A DNA stretch of 63,883 nt, filler included, from Aduncisulcus paluster (taxonomy: Eukaryota), in NCBI GenBank assembly GCA_024181965.1. It is 11 parts of 11 records of this genome, joined end to end, with 100 filler letters (N's around TTAATTAATTAA, not from the genome) between each part and the next. Parts side by side here need not be neighbours in the genome. Positions count along the whole stretch, not along the records: positions 24,675 to 49,411 come from BQXS01012272.1; positions 49,512 to 53,228 come from BQXS01012274.1; 9 more parts are not named here. One strand, 5' to 3'. Below the pieces are notes generated by a model. The model saw only the letters and a list, made by a program, of their open reading frames with translations, did no database searches and was not told where the DNA came from. Shown in pieces: positions 37,801-50,327 of this stretch. Every line of letters starts with the position of its first letter. Within the stretch, counting starts at the first letter, position 1. Both the position numbers and the translations under genes were made by a program.

Positions 37801-40800
37801 ATAGGAGATAACTTGTGGATGAGGAAGACAGAGGAATCAGAGGAATCAGAAGAAGAAGAAGAAACAGAAACAGGAAAAAATTTTTTTTCAAGNNNNNNNN
37901 NNNNNNNNNNNNGATTGAGATTCACAAGTTAAGGAGCCAACATGACTTTGAAGAGGAAGAAGAAGAGCTTCAAGAAACGTTGATGGAACAAAGTGTTGAG
38001 GAGGAGGAGGAAGAAGAAGAAGAACAATTCTCTCAAATGATAGGAGATGACTTGTGGATAAGTAAGACAAAGGAATCAGAAGAAAAAGAAAAAGAAGAAG
38101 AAGAAGAAGAAGAAGAAGAGGGAGGTGAAGGAGAATCAGAAGAAGAAGAAGAAAAGGAAAAAGAAAAAGAAAAAGAAGAAGAAGAAGAAAAAGATAAAGA
38201 AGAAGATCTAATCCAGCAACTGATAGGAGATAACTTGTGGATGAGGAAGACAGAGGAATCAGAGGAATCAGAAGAAGAAGAAACAGAAACAGGAAAAAAT
38301 TTTTTTTCAAGTTATTTGACAATTATTAATTCAGGATTCCAAAAAGGGGTTTCTTCCCCATCAATCCTCTGTCCAGCAACCTCTACATTACACCAGTTAT
38401 TTGAACTGAGTGAACTTCAAGACTCAGATGATAAACAAATTGAAGAAATGATATCAATCTGTTCCCAACTTGCACTCCGCAAAGAAGAAGATGATAAAGA
38501 TCGACTTGTTCGAATTATTCTTCCCCATGTTATAAGATTAATGAAAAAATATCCCAAATTCTTAAAGGATTGGGGAAAGATTCTATCATCCTTGACTCTT
38601 GATGCTGATAATATCCTTCCACATACTGGCAGATCCGCAAAAATTTTCCAAGTGTTTTTTCGCATATCTTCTGATGGAGCAATTACGCCTATTAAAACAA
38701 CAAGTGTCTTTGAAGTGTGTAAACATCATTTAGTATCGAATGGACTTGCTGAGTGGCTATCATTCTTTGCCAATTTATGTTATAATTCACCTGATCAAGC
38801 TTCTCAAATTTATGAAAATATAAAGGAGTATCTTGGGAGTTGGTATGATCAAATCAAAGCAAACCATTCTGAACAAGGAGAACAGAAAGAACAATCAGAT
38901 AATAGAATCCGAAGCTGGGTCAAACTAATAGCGATGTTATCAACTGTGCCTGCCCTTGTCCGAGAGCTATCAGAATTATATAGATTTCAAATGATTTGGT
39001 GTAATTTTACGATTGAAGGGTCGCGTGAAATCGATATATTTCGGAGTAATTGCTATTTTGAAGAAAAATGGAGAGGTATTTTCCCCCGCATTAACTGTTG
39101 CCAAGATGAAGACTACACTGTTGATCTCTATGTTGAATATCGAGATTATATCTGGGAAGAGTTGTCCAAAGATCCAATAACGAAGGAAAATATCAGGTTC
39201 TTTTGTGATGTTCTCTGTCACTTTTCTCGCCATCATCATAGTGAACATGGAGGTTATATATTCCTTTCTATCACAAAACTTGAAGATATTATTGATACTT
39301 TTCTCGAAATTCTTTTCAAAAACCCCGATTCTGATCATGACAAGATTTTTTTCATCTGTCAATGTTATGTTTCCATGTTACTTGACGAGTTGAGATTCCA
39401 GTCCCCCTCTGCAAGTGATTTTAAATATACACCCTTACAGGATCAACTGCGAATTAACAAAGAAAGTAGGCACAAATTTATTGTTAAAGATATTGTACCT
39501 ATTGAAGAGAAAGTGAGAGGCCTTATTTGTCATATATATCAATATATCCGCAGACTATTTGATGAAGGGAGTAGCAAACCATTCACAAAATATCCCAATA
39601 ATCTTTTTAAGTTTCTTAACTCCACTGCGGATTTTCCTTCAGTTGTTATAAAGGCCTATATCCGAGATCTCATTGAACCTTTTGTGGATGGTTGGTTTGG
39701 ATTTTTTCACAATCATGAAATGTCTTGCAAATGGCTTGAAATTTTTGTAAATATAACGCGTTTTAAATCCTTCACCGACTCGAAATTGCCGAAAAAGATA
39801 AAAGCATCATTTGCCAAAGAGGTGACTTTGAGCTATGAAAAATTTTCTCCAGTTCTTTATGATTGGATTTCTCATGACACTCGCATCAATTTTAATGCCT
39901 GTGAATTAATAATACGTTTTTTTAGTAATTGTGTCCCAGTTTTATCTAATGAGAAGTTAAAACAATTATTTGGCAAAATTGGAGGTATTCTTTCGGAATA
40001 TTGCGATAAAATATCAAAAAATCCATCCGAACATGATAGTACGCTAGAATTATTGGCCAAGATTCTCCAGTTCTTACCCTTTGAAAAACCCTCTGACCAT
40101 TTATTGCCTCCTAAATTATTTGGTAAATTATGTAATCAATTAGAAGAGTATTATGATAGGATTTCAAAACGAGATCTATTCATTCAATTTGAAGAAAAAC
40201 ACTTCCCCCATGTTCGTGATATTAAAGAAGAATTGATCGATCGAGTTAAAAGTTGCAAAGATGAAGGTTTTTCCACTCTATTTAACCATTTCATATCTTC
40301 TGAAAGGGTTATTTCTTGCTTTGAATTTATTAGAGGTTTTTTGTCAGGCAGCATACGACAAACTGATATTGATGAACAAATTAGAGAATATCGAAAGGAC
40401 ATTGTCTATATTATGAAGTTTTTAAAATCATTTATTTTCTGCTCCCAATCATACCTTTCTGTCAATACGAAGTATTTTGTAGAAATTTTTTCAAAACTTT
40501 TGAGAAAGAGATTTTTCACAAATTCATTATCTACCCACGATATTGATACTATTGAATATTGTTACTGTTATTTGTGTTCAAGATACTCTTATCAATATAA
40601 AACAAGAAGTATTGAAGACATTTGTCCTATGAACCCAGACAATATTGTGAAAACCATCAAAGATATGTATGAAGAATGTCCGAAGAAGAATCTCTCTTCC
40701 GAAATACAAGTTGCCACTCCTCTCCACTATCAAATACTAATTTTAATCAAATTAAGGTTAAACAATCACGGTTTGGGTGTCGATCTCCGTGATCAGGAAT

Positions 40801-41207
40801 TAATGTTGATACTGGCAAAAGTTACGGGTAAACACATAAGATATTGTCTTTCATCTCCTATAATACAACCAATTTTACCAATTCACAACTTATCCTGGGA
40901 ATTGTTTCCTTTGGTTGTGAATATGGTGACAACCAATGGTCTTGAACAATTATTTGAAACTAAAAATGAATATTTTTTGGAATTTTTCTGCAATTTAGGC
41001 AAAATGTTTCCGGATAAAATTGTAGAAATATTTCGGAACTTGGAAGAAAATTCAATTCTTGGTGATACATTTTCATTTATTGAGGAGCAAAAATCTGGGG
41101 CCAAATTATTGTATACTTTACTTGACCAATTTAGAAGGTTGAGTAGCAACCCAGCGATTCATTCTAAGTTTAGGATGTGGCACATCACATTGGCGAACTA
41201 TGGATAA
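31823..41207 (+). CDS. Giant (~2850 aa) protein with 4 'PIPRD' repeats, ARM/HEAT-like helical repeats and an acidic tract; intron 32399-32516
   Basis: A phase-0 GTATGT..TAG intron joins ORFs 31823 and 32538. Removing the gap-flanking duplications (offsets 283 and 422) puts ORFs 32538, 33421 and 37815 into one continuous frame of 8562 nt. Confidence 0.8.
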
Positions 41208-41790
41208 TCAAACCCAAAGAGTGAAAATAACGTTCAAATAATATTACATATGCGTCAAAGAGAATAGAAGAACAAAAGAGAGGTTTTATCTACGATTCGC
41301 AGAAGAAAGACCTGGGGACTGTTTTTCGGGCGGGACAAAATATCTTCTAAATCAGATTTAGTTATTCTAAATAACCCTGATTATTGAGTTAAAAAACCAT
41401 CTATTTTAAAAGTTAAACATTAAAGGACGGTAAATTTCCCCACTTCTTTGAATTTTATTGATTTTAATAACAGGTTGCTATTAGTAATGGCCTATTACAA
41501 AAATCTATTTTTGTTCTCCTGAGGAGAATTCTCCTCATCCGATCGGATGATCCGAGGATGGATTAAAAGAAGAAATATAAAATCACTGAAAATATAAATC
41601 ATGACAGATATGAACAATAAAATAAAAATAAACTGAATTATGGCACAAAACAAACAGAACAAAAATAGGGAGAAAAAAGTCAAAATTACGAATATAATAT
41701 CAAAATTCAACTTAAATGGCCAGTTTAATTCATCAACGGACTATTTTAACGATATTTCGTGAACTAATCGTCTTATTTACCATTAATAAC

Positions 41791-43557
41791 TCACATTCTT
41801 TTCCTCATCCCAGTGATAAATTTAACAGCATTCAACACACTAAAGAACTCATCTCCCCATGTTGATTCGTGGACTATTTCGACCTGTTCAACCTTTGTTA
41901 TCTCTTCTAAGTTGAGAGTTAGCCATTTTATCCTCTCGTGTTTCACCTTAGGAAGATCATATTGACAACGAATTGGAGGTTCACCAACACGATGGAATAT
42001 GAAAGATATCTTCTTAGGTTGCCAATCATAACCAAATAAACACATCCGAACGGCCTGAACACTCTCAACTGTTGTGAATGGCATGAATAAACGTTGATAA
42101 CATACAATACCATTTCCTTTCAAGAATTCTTTCAGTTCCTCAATTTCAAAACCCCATGGAAGCTCTCCTGTTCCCTTTTCATGGTCAATAGATGCGTATA
42201 TCGGCTCAAACTGGGGTTTATCTCGCTCCAATTGTCTTTCTCTCTCTTGCCGAGCAGCCTTTTCCTCCTGCTCTTTCTTTTTCTTCTCACGCTTAATTTC
42301 CTCCATTCTCTGTCTGTGTTTCTCAAATACTATCTTCATTAGAGGACTCTTCATGGCACCAATTATTGAAGACTTCTTTGTAGAGGGAGGAGAAGAATGT
42401 TCAGTATCTCCTTGTTTTGATTTCTCTTCTTTCTCTTCTTTCTCCTCTCTCTCTTCTTTCTCTTCTCCCTTCTCTCCTTTTTCTCCCATTCCAGGTATCT
42501 GTTGAGGTGGGGAATGTGGCATTGGTTTCAAAGTAGAGATTGGAATAGGATCATCTTTCTTCTCCTCCTCAACGAGAGTGGATTGCTGAACATTTTGTTG
42601 AACATCTGAATCTGGAACAATTGGTTGACTTATTGCTTCTCTTTCTTTCTCTTCTTTCACAACACTGGGCTGTTGAAGTCTAATGTCATCACTCGGAAGT
42701 GTAGGAGCTTTAATGACTGGATCAGGGTGAGGCAGTGATGAAGGAGGTATAGCAGATGTAATAGGGGAACGAATAACCTTTGAATCAGAGTGTTCCCTGC
42801 CATGGGAAGACATAGAGGAGGAAATGATCGAAGGAGGGAATGTTGGTGATGAGAATACAGGAGGGGTGTTATCAGTGTTGGATGGGGATGAGAGGATATC
42901 GTTGGGTGGGCTTGGTGGCATGATGATCGAAGATGGAGGCACTGATTTCAAAGGATTTACAGTTGGGGTGACCTCGATCATTGGATCATCAATAGGATCA
43001 AACTTCGAGACAATAGCAATTCCACCAATAACACTCGTCATTTTCCTGCCCCACGTGGACTTGTGAGTGATAATACATCGAGAAATGAGGTCTTCTTCGA
43101 TAGGAAGTTCTTGCCAAACCCAATTGACAGAATCCTGTTTGGATTCACCGGATTCAATCTTTGGGATATTGAAAATAATCTTCTCTAATGTACCAGTTGT
43201 CACAAATAATGCGATTCGTAACTCTTTTGGTTGATATAGATCACCGGGAATCTTGACAAAAATCCTAGATACATGGGATGGCTTTGAAAAAGAAAAATCA
43301 AGCTCACGGAAGAAAATGGATTTAAATTCACCTTCAATAACTTTGGTCAGGGCAGTTTTACCACTAAAACGACCGAAAGTTCCCCCTATTTTGGCAAGGG
43401 GAATATGGTTGGGGCTATCAAGAGGAATTGGATAATTCTCACATTTGAAAGGAATACTATCTCGATTCACTAAATGAAAAATTAACATATATTAGTAAAA
43501 ATTCAAAAAATTAAAGATATTGGCAAAAATACTTTTCCTAAACTGCCCTTCGAACAT
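41791..43557 (-). CDS. Two divergent jelly-roll-like domains separated by a Pro/Ser- and E/K-rich linker; probable intron 43470-43532
   Basis: Domains FSFSKPSHVSRIFV..YQPKEL..WQELP..HKSTWG and MPFTTVESVQAVRM..WQPKKI..WLTLN..HESTWG. A putative exon 1 (MFEGQFRK) joins in frame through a GTATTT..TACTAAT..TAG intron. Confidence 0.75.
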
Positions 43558-43850
43558 ACTATCAATAAAAATGTTGTAATGTAAATATAATAGTGTATAG
43601 AATACAGAATTTTAAGGCTATTAATGTGTTGAGTTGTTCAAAGAGAGAGAAAACTCAACAAAAAATAATTCCTTTCTAAATAACTCAATTTTACTTAAAA
43701 AGTTAACCTTTTTATAATATTTGATGTAATATAAATGTATTCTAACAAATAAAAAAATGACAATTCTCCGAATATCAAGGAAGAATAGCCAGGACGCCAC
43801 TGAACACAAAAAAGACAAGAAAATGAATGGAAACCCATTTTAAAATACAA

Positions 43851-46800
43851 TCACACAATTCCCTTAAGTGTTCTCAATTGTTTTGAGAGTCTTTCTATAT
43901 CAGCTTTTGAACCACCAGTACGTTTTAGCATTTCGAGTTCTTTTTCTTTTTGTTTTGATAAAGTTTGCAGTACATTTTCAACTTTTGCTACAGCTCCCGT
44001 CGATCTTTGGTACGGTGTCTTCTTCTCTCTCTCAGACATGGAGGATTCCTTCGATGGAGAGGCAGAGACATAGACGTGCTGTTTTGTGTATGGATCTGGA
44101 ATTCCACCAATCCTTGTCGACGATGTGATACGGTAAACTGCCGGCTGAGACGTTGATCTGAGCACCTTTGAGGCGGATGAAGAGTTCATAATGGAGGAAT
44201 AGTTCGATTGAGAGGTCGAATAAGAGTTAGACGATGGGGATGTAACTTTGGGTTGGTAATGAGACCCAGTTCTTGCTCCAGTCCCCCCAACTTTCTCAGA
44301 AACTCCCGTTGTGGCACCATAAAGGGAAGATCCAAGGTCGTATTTTGTCCCTCTTGGCGCACTTCGGCTATATTTAGTCTCAGTGCCATGAGGGAATGAG
44401 AGACGAGTGTGACGTTCAGCATCCTTGTCTTGATCTTCAACGGTAAGGATTGCTTGCTCAAGATCACGTTGTCTCCTCTCCCGCTCTCTCTTCTCTTTGT
44501 CCCTTCTTCTCCGTTCTGCTCTTTCCTTACGCTCTCTCTCTTTCTTCTCTATCTGTTCACGATGTTTCTTCTCAATGAGCAACTCTTCTCTGGCTTTTTC
44601 ATCCGCCAGTCCACGACTTCTTGAACCATTTCTATCGTACGACTCTCTCTGACGAGTGTCCACAGCACTGTCCCTGCCTTCCCGTTCGTGTCTTGCGGAT
44701 AACTCTTTCCTGCGACTCTCATGCTCATCACCGATGGAAAGGTCATCTCTGGACTCTGGACGAGGTGTAATTTGACGATCAGCACCATGGCTGGTACTCT
44801 CACGGGTGGGAACAGAATCTGTATCATCAACAGAGTGGTTTGGAAGATTGAATAGAATGTCAACACGAGTGGCAGTGCTCCCATCAGCAGTAGAGGAGTG
44901 CTGAGAGGTCAGAGAGTGGACAGAGGGATGACTACTGGCAGCTTTATGAGTATATGAAGCAATAACAGGGGAGTCGTTGGAAGTTGACTCAGACTTTTCA
45001 TGATCGATAACCTTCTCATCCTCATTCTCACCTTCAATGACAATATCATGGAAAGATGACACGCTGGTGTGGGATACAGTGTCGTTGCGAGCACTGACAA
45101 ACTCATCGTCACCGTGGTGAGGTGATGTTTTCATAACTTCTTCGCCAAACACGCCATTCCCAAGCTTTACACCGAGCATATCGAGGAGACCAGTCTTTGC
45201 AGCATACGAGTGCATCAATGAAGCTTGTGATCCACCCCCTGAGGAAGCAAGAGCTCCAGTGCCATTATCAGAAACAGGATGACCANNNNNNNNNNNNNNN
45301 NNNNNAAGATGACACGCTGGTGTGGGATACAGTGTCGTTGCGAGCACTGACAAACTCATCGTCACCGTGGTGAGGTGATGTTTTCATAACTTCTTCGCCC
45401 AACACGCCATTCCCAAGCTTTACACCGAGCATATCGAGGAGACCAGTCTTTGCAGCATACGAGTGCATCAATGAAGCTTGTGATCCACCCCCTGAGGAAG
45501 CAAGAGCTCCAGTGCCATTATCAGAAACAGGATGACCAGTGAATGTCTCATCAATATCGATCTTCATCTCTCCTTCATCTTCCAATTGATTTGAATAATC
45601 ACCTTCTTCATCTTGCAAATGCTCCTCTTCCTCTTCTGCTTCTTCCATTATCAAATCACTCAGATGGGAACGTGAAGACTTAGACTCTAAAGGAGGGTCT
45701 TCTTTACCAATTACCATAACATGTTCTTCCTCTTCCTCCTCTTCTTCCTCTTCCTCCTCCTCCTCTTCTTCTTCCTTAAAATCGACATGTTCATCCACGT
45801 AATCGACATGGTGCCCACGTTCAATAATATCATTATCTTCCATTCTTTCCTCACTCCTCTGCATAGAATACTCACTCTCATCCCCATCAATGACATGCCC
45901 ATCTTGTGCATACTCTTCCTTCCCCATGAGTGAAGATCCATCCTTGTCGTTAAATGAAATGGTCTCATTGGTAATGTCCTCCTCCGAGCTATACGAGGGT
46001 TTAGGAATATCAAGCTGGATGTGAGAAGCAGGAGGGATGACAGGGGAATGTAATGTGGTGGAACCTATCGATGGCTGTGTCTGGATCTTAAATGGCTTTG
46101 TCATACCATGGTTACCCTCACTTTCTTTCTTCTTGAGTGAAACAAAATCTGAGGAAGACTCGTGCTCTGAAGAAGACTCACCATGCTCACCTTTTGACTG
46201 ATGATCTTGATCGCTTACAGTGTCATCGCTTTCAGAGTTCATCTGTGCAGAGTCTTCACTGCTGCTCTCTTGTTCTCTCTCTTCGTCCTCTCTGACAAAC
46301 TGTTCCTCCAATTCATCAGTGTTCATATCTTCTTCATCTTCTTCATCTTCTTGATGATCTTTCTCATCATGATTTCCATCAACATTGTCTCCATCAGTGT
46401 TGTCCTCTTCAACACTGCTCTTGTCCTCTTCATCGAAGTGAATAGGGAAGGAAGACGAAGGCTGGAACATTCCACTATCCTCGCCAGGCCTTGAGAGCTC
46501 CTCTCCACTGTCATCGTCAGCTGCAGCCTGGATAGATGCAAGAAGATCAAGATTAGCACCATTCCTCTCACCTCCGGGGGACATGAGAGTGTGAGAAACA
46601 TGACTGACAGAACGAGTGGCCTGACGTGCCCCATCTTCGACCTTGTCAGCAACACGGTTCAACTCCCTCTCAAACTCTTCTGCCTCCCTCCTTCGTTGTT
46701 GCTCAGAGAACAACTGCATCTTCACAGACTTGAGTTCCTTTTGCACTGATTGAAGCTCAAGTTTCATTCTCTTTGTCTCTCCTTTGTCTTGGGCTTGGGA

Positions 46801-48900
46801 TTTCTTCAATGTCTCAGCCTTAGAGGCAAACTCTGACTGAACCTCATCAAGCCTCTTCTCTGCCTTCTCTCTCTTCTCTTTCTCCTCAGTTAACTGCTCA
46901 ACGTGCTTCAAAGTAAGTAAACGTTGTTTATGAAGCTGGTCAGTGAGATCAGCAGTTTGTGCATCAATTTGTTCTTCTCTCACACGCCTGGCATCTTCCA
47001 TATCTGCAACTCTCTTCTCCAGGAGGGCTATTGAAGCATCTCTCTCACCCAAGATTCTTTCCTTCTCTGCAATAACAGTATCCTTTCTCTCGCAAGATGT
47101 CTCCATGGTCTCGATTTGAGTCTCACTCTCTCTGACTTTAATCTGAGCCGTACGAATTTCCTGCTCTTTGGAATCGATTTGTTCTTGCCAATATTTCCTC
47201 TCGTCTTCAATCTTTCGTTTCTCATCCTCAATGATAGCCTGGTAACGTCTTGATTCTTTGAGTTCTTGCTCGATTCTCTCAATATTCTTCATCTTCTTGG
47301 CATTAACTTTTTCCTTTTGCCTATATTTTCTGATATCACCTTCTTTTGCAGCCACACTTTGTTTCTCACGTTCCAGATCTAATTTTAGAATCTCTATCGT
47401 ATCAATATCTTTCTTGACAACTTGCCTGAGTTTCTGTTCATTTGTCTTGATCTTGGCAAGCAGTTCTGTGACATTTTCATATCCCACTATGAGAGAATGC
47501 ATCCGCTCAAGAAGCTCTTTGTTTTTTTTCTTCAGATCACGTTCCCTTTTATCGTCAAGATCAAGAAGTAAGGACTTAAGCTCCTCCACGACAGACGAGA
47601 AATGACTCACACGGCCGCCGGTACCTGTCGGCCCAGCCCCAAGCAAAACACTCTCGCTCAGAACATCCTGAAGGGCAGCACGGAGTCGTCTGTTCTCGGT
47701 GTTGATAGTTGAGATTGCATACTCCTTGTCGCTCTGAGTATATTGTAACTGGAGGAATGACTTCTTGTAATACTCACAACGTTCCTTAAGCTGGTTTAAC
47801 TCAGACTCAGGAATGGATACGTGACCTGCTGGAAGATGCAGAGCATTATCCGTAGCATGTTTCACCGTTTTGCCTTGAGCAGATGATTCCTTCTCTGTGA
47901 CTTCCAGTTGGTCCCGTTTCAGAGGGACATTATTCCTTTGAATAGCAGAAAGTGAAGTGACAGTGTCTGGTCTCTGGTGTACCTTATCACTCTCAGCATC
48001 ATCAGATAGCTCCTCCTCTTGACTCTCCCGGGTGGGATCATCCGAGAGGTGGTGACCCGCAGTCAGCAGAGACTGGACACGAGGGTCGGTGTGGGAAGAA
48101 GGTGAGCCCATGTTAGCTGGGGAATGAGTTCGAGAGCAAGGAGGGGATAATGACGAATGGTCTTCTTCACTAACTTGAGAGGCAAGATGGGACACGTGTG
48201 GGACTTGTGGGGAGACGGGAGGAGAGTGAGTGTGAGGAATCGAATGATGTAATGGAAGACTATCATCATCTCCTTCCTCAATGCGTTGTAAAAGACGTGA
48301 AGTGGCAACAGAATGATCAATATCATCATCACTGCTATGCTGAGTACTAGCTAAGGGGTGCTTTTCAATACGGGTTGAAGAGGGAGTGAAAGGCAGAGGA
48401 GTGTGTGTGTCCGTGTCACGATCAAGATGAAAACCATGAGATGCAGAATATTGACGGGGATTTGTTCCAATTTCAATTGATTTTGTTGGTAGTTGAGTGG
48501 ATGAGACAAAATAATCATGTGATATCGGCTTTTCATCGATTGAAAGATCAAATGTCCTACTTTTAGCAGTTTCACGATCAGAAGAATCGACTTCTTTAAT
48601 ATTTGGTTGTTTTTTCGATAAATGTGAAGAATGAAGAGCAATTATTGGATCTTGAGGAGATTTTTTATCTTTTTCTTCAGCTAATCTCCTTTCTTCTTCA
48701 TATTTTGATTTAGATGAACTAGATTTATGTCCTTCATGAAGAGTTAAACTATATTTTCCTCCAGAATCTTTTGAATGATGATATAATCCGCCTTCTAATG
48801 GGGCAGGGGTAGTTTCTGAATTATCTCCTTGTACAGGTTTCATAAGATGAACATTTCTGGGGTCATAATAATGCGTATCCATGTCTGTGGGGACAGACAT
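43851..48900 (-). CDS. Large (~1600 aa) coiled-coil protein with acidic and low-complexity regions
   Basis: ORFs 45268-48927 and 43851-45365 join in frame once the duplication at gap 45286-45305 (offset 253) is removed. The first in-frame ATG is at 48900. Confidence 0.75.
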
Positions 48901-49511
48901 TGGTATATTACTGATATCTTGGTCCAAAGAGAAGAAAAAATTTTCCCGAAATTATGCTGTTGATATGGGCAGACTTTATGCATAATTCAAAAATAAACAC
49001 GAACAATATACAACCTGGAGAAAAAAATATCGGGAAATAATTGTATTTAAGCCAGATATCGCCAAGATATTTTAGGATGAATTGTTTTTGCGACTATGTC
49101 GCACTGCGACTTTTTCAATATTCTAAAAACGTTAAAATTAATATCCTATGATACCCTTATTCATTTATTATTTTTATCTGCTTGCTTAATAGAGCCATGG
49201 AGATGAAAATTAAATTTATTCTTCCAAATGCCTCCTTTTGCCAATGATGTATCCCTCTGGCATAGTAAATACGGTTGGACACAATCCTGATTTGCCCAAT
49301 ACTAAGAGATTCATCGCGGATTGATAACAATATCTCTAAGAGTTGTTTCTCCTTATAAATACCTGAGCCTACCAAAGTACAAGGCTAGTACGAAGCTACT
49401 GAGTAAATATANNNNNNNNNNNNNNNNNNNNNNNNNNNNNNNNNNNNNNNNNNNNTTAATTAATTAANNNNNNNNNNNNNNNNNNNNNNNNNNNNNNNNN
49501 NNNNNNNNNNN

Positions 49512-49776
49512 CTTCACGCTCTTCTACGACGCTTGTGAGTCGAATGATCTCCGCACCAGTTGCATCTTCAGTGGACAACTCGGCCAATTGACTTTTTAAT
49601 GAACTGAGTTCCAAAAGAAATCTGGATTCAATATCGAGAAAACTCTTTTCATATGAAGCGGCTATTTCAGATTCTTTTTCTAAAATTCTATCAATCTCTT
49701 CACTCATTTTACGAGGCTCCTCAATTCTTCTTGCTCGAAGGAATCTTAAGGCGCGAGCAGTTTCCCTATAATCCAT
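49512..49776 (-). CDS. Coiled-coil protein, N-terminal fragment
   Basis: ATG-initiated helical ORF running into the contig linker. Confidence 0.6.
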
Positions 49777-50327
49777 TTTGTGCTAGCGTTGGATATCTGA
49801 AATAAAATAATGGAATTATGAAATAAAGATAATTTAATGTCCAAAATAATTTGAAAGACAAGGGAAAATATATTAATTGTTACAAAATGCGGGCAGATTT
49901 GCCAAATTGTCTCTATCTCATCGTAACATAAATAAAATGCATAAATAATGTGATCCCTTATATTATTTCGTTGATCTATACTTTGTTATTATAAATTTTA
50001 TTCTACTTTCGTGTAAAATTAGAAGGTAATATAAAAACACGAAGATTTCTTGTTCAACCATATTTTTCAAATTATACCTCTGATATTTTCTTATCTATAT
50101 TTCGTATTTCATTGTATTTTATAAGTATTTACTGAATTTTTGATTATGGATCACCAATTACGAAAATCCCCTTATATTGTATGTTCATATCCTATTTTTT
50201 TTAATATTTATTATTTATTGCGAATAGTTCAATGATACTTACTTTATGTTCTTCTGAAAATGTCTTTTCCCTTCTGGTAATTTAGAAAAAGCAGAAAAGA
50301 TCTGCTTTATCGAAACATTTACGCCAA

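Noticed and set aside
49157..49375. Small ORF resembling a methyltransferase fragment
   Set aside because: It is short, has a non-ATG start, has an in-frame stop just upstream and carries no convincing motif.
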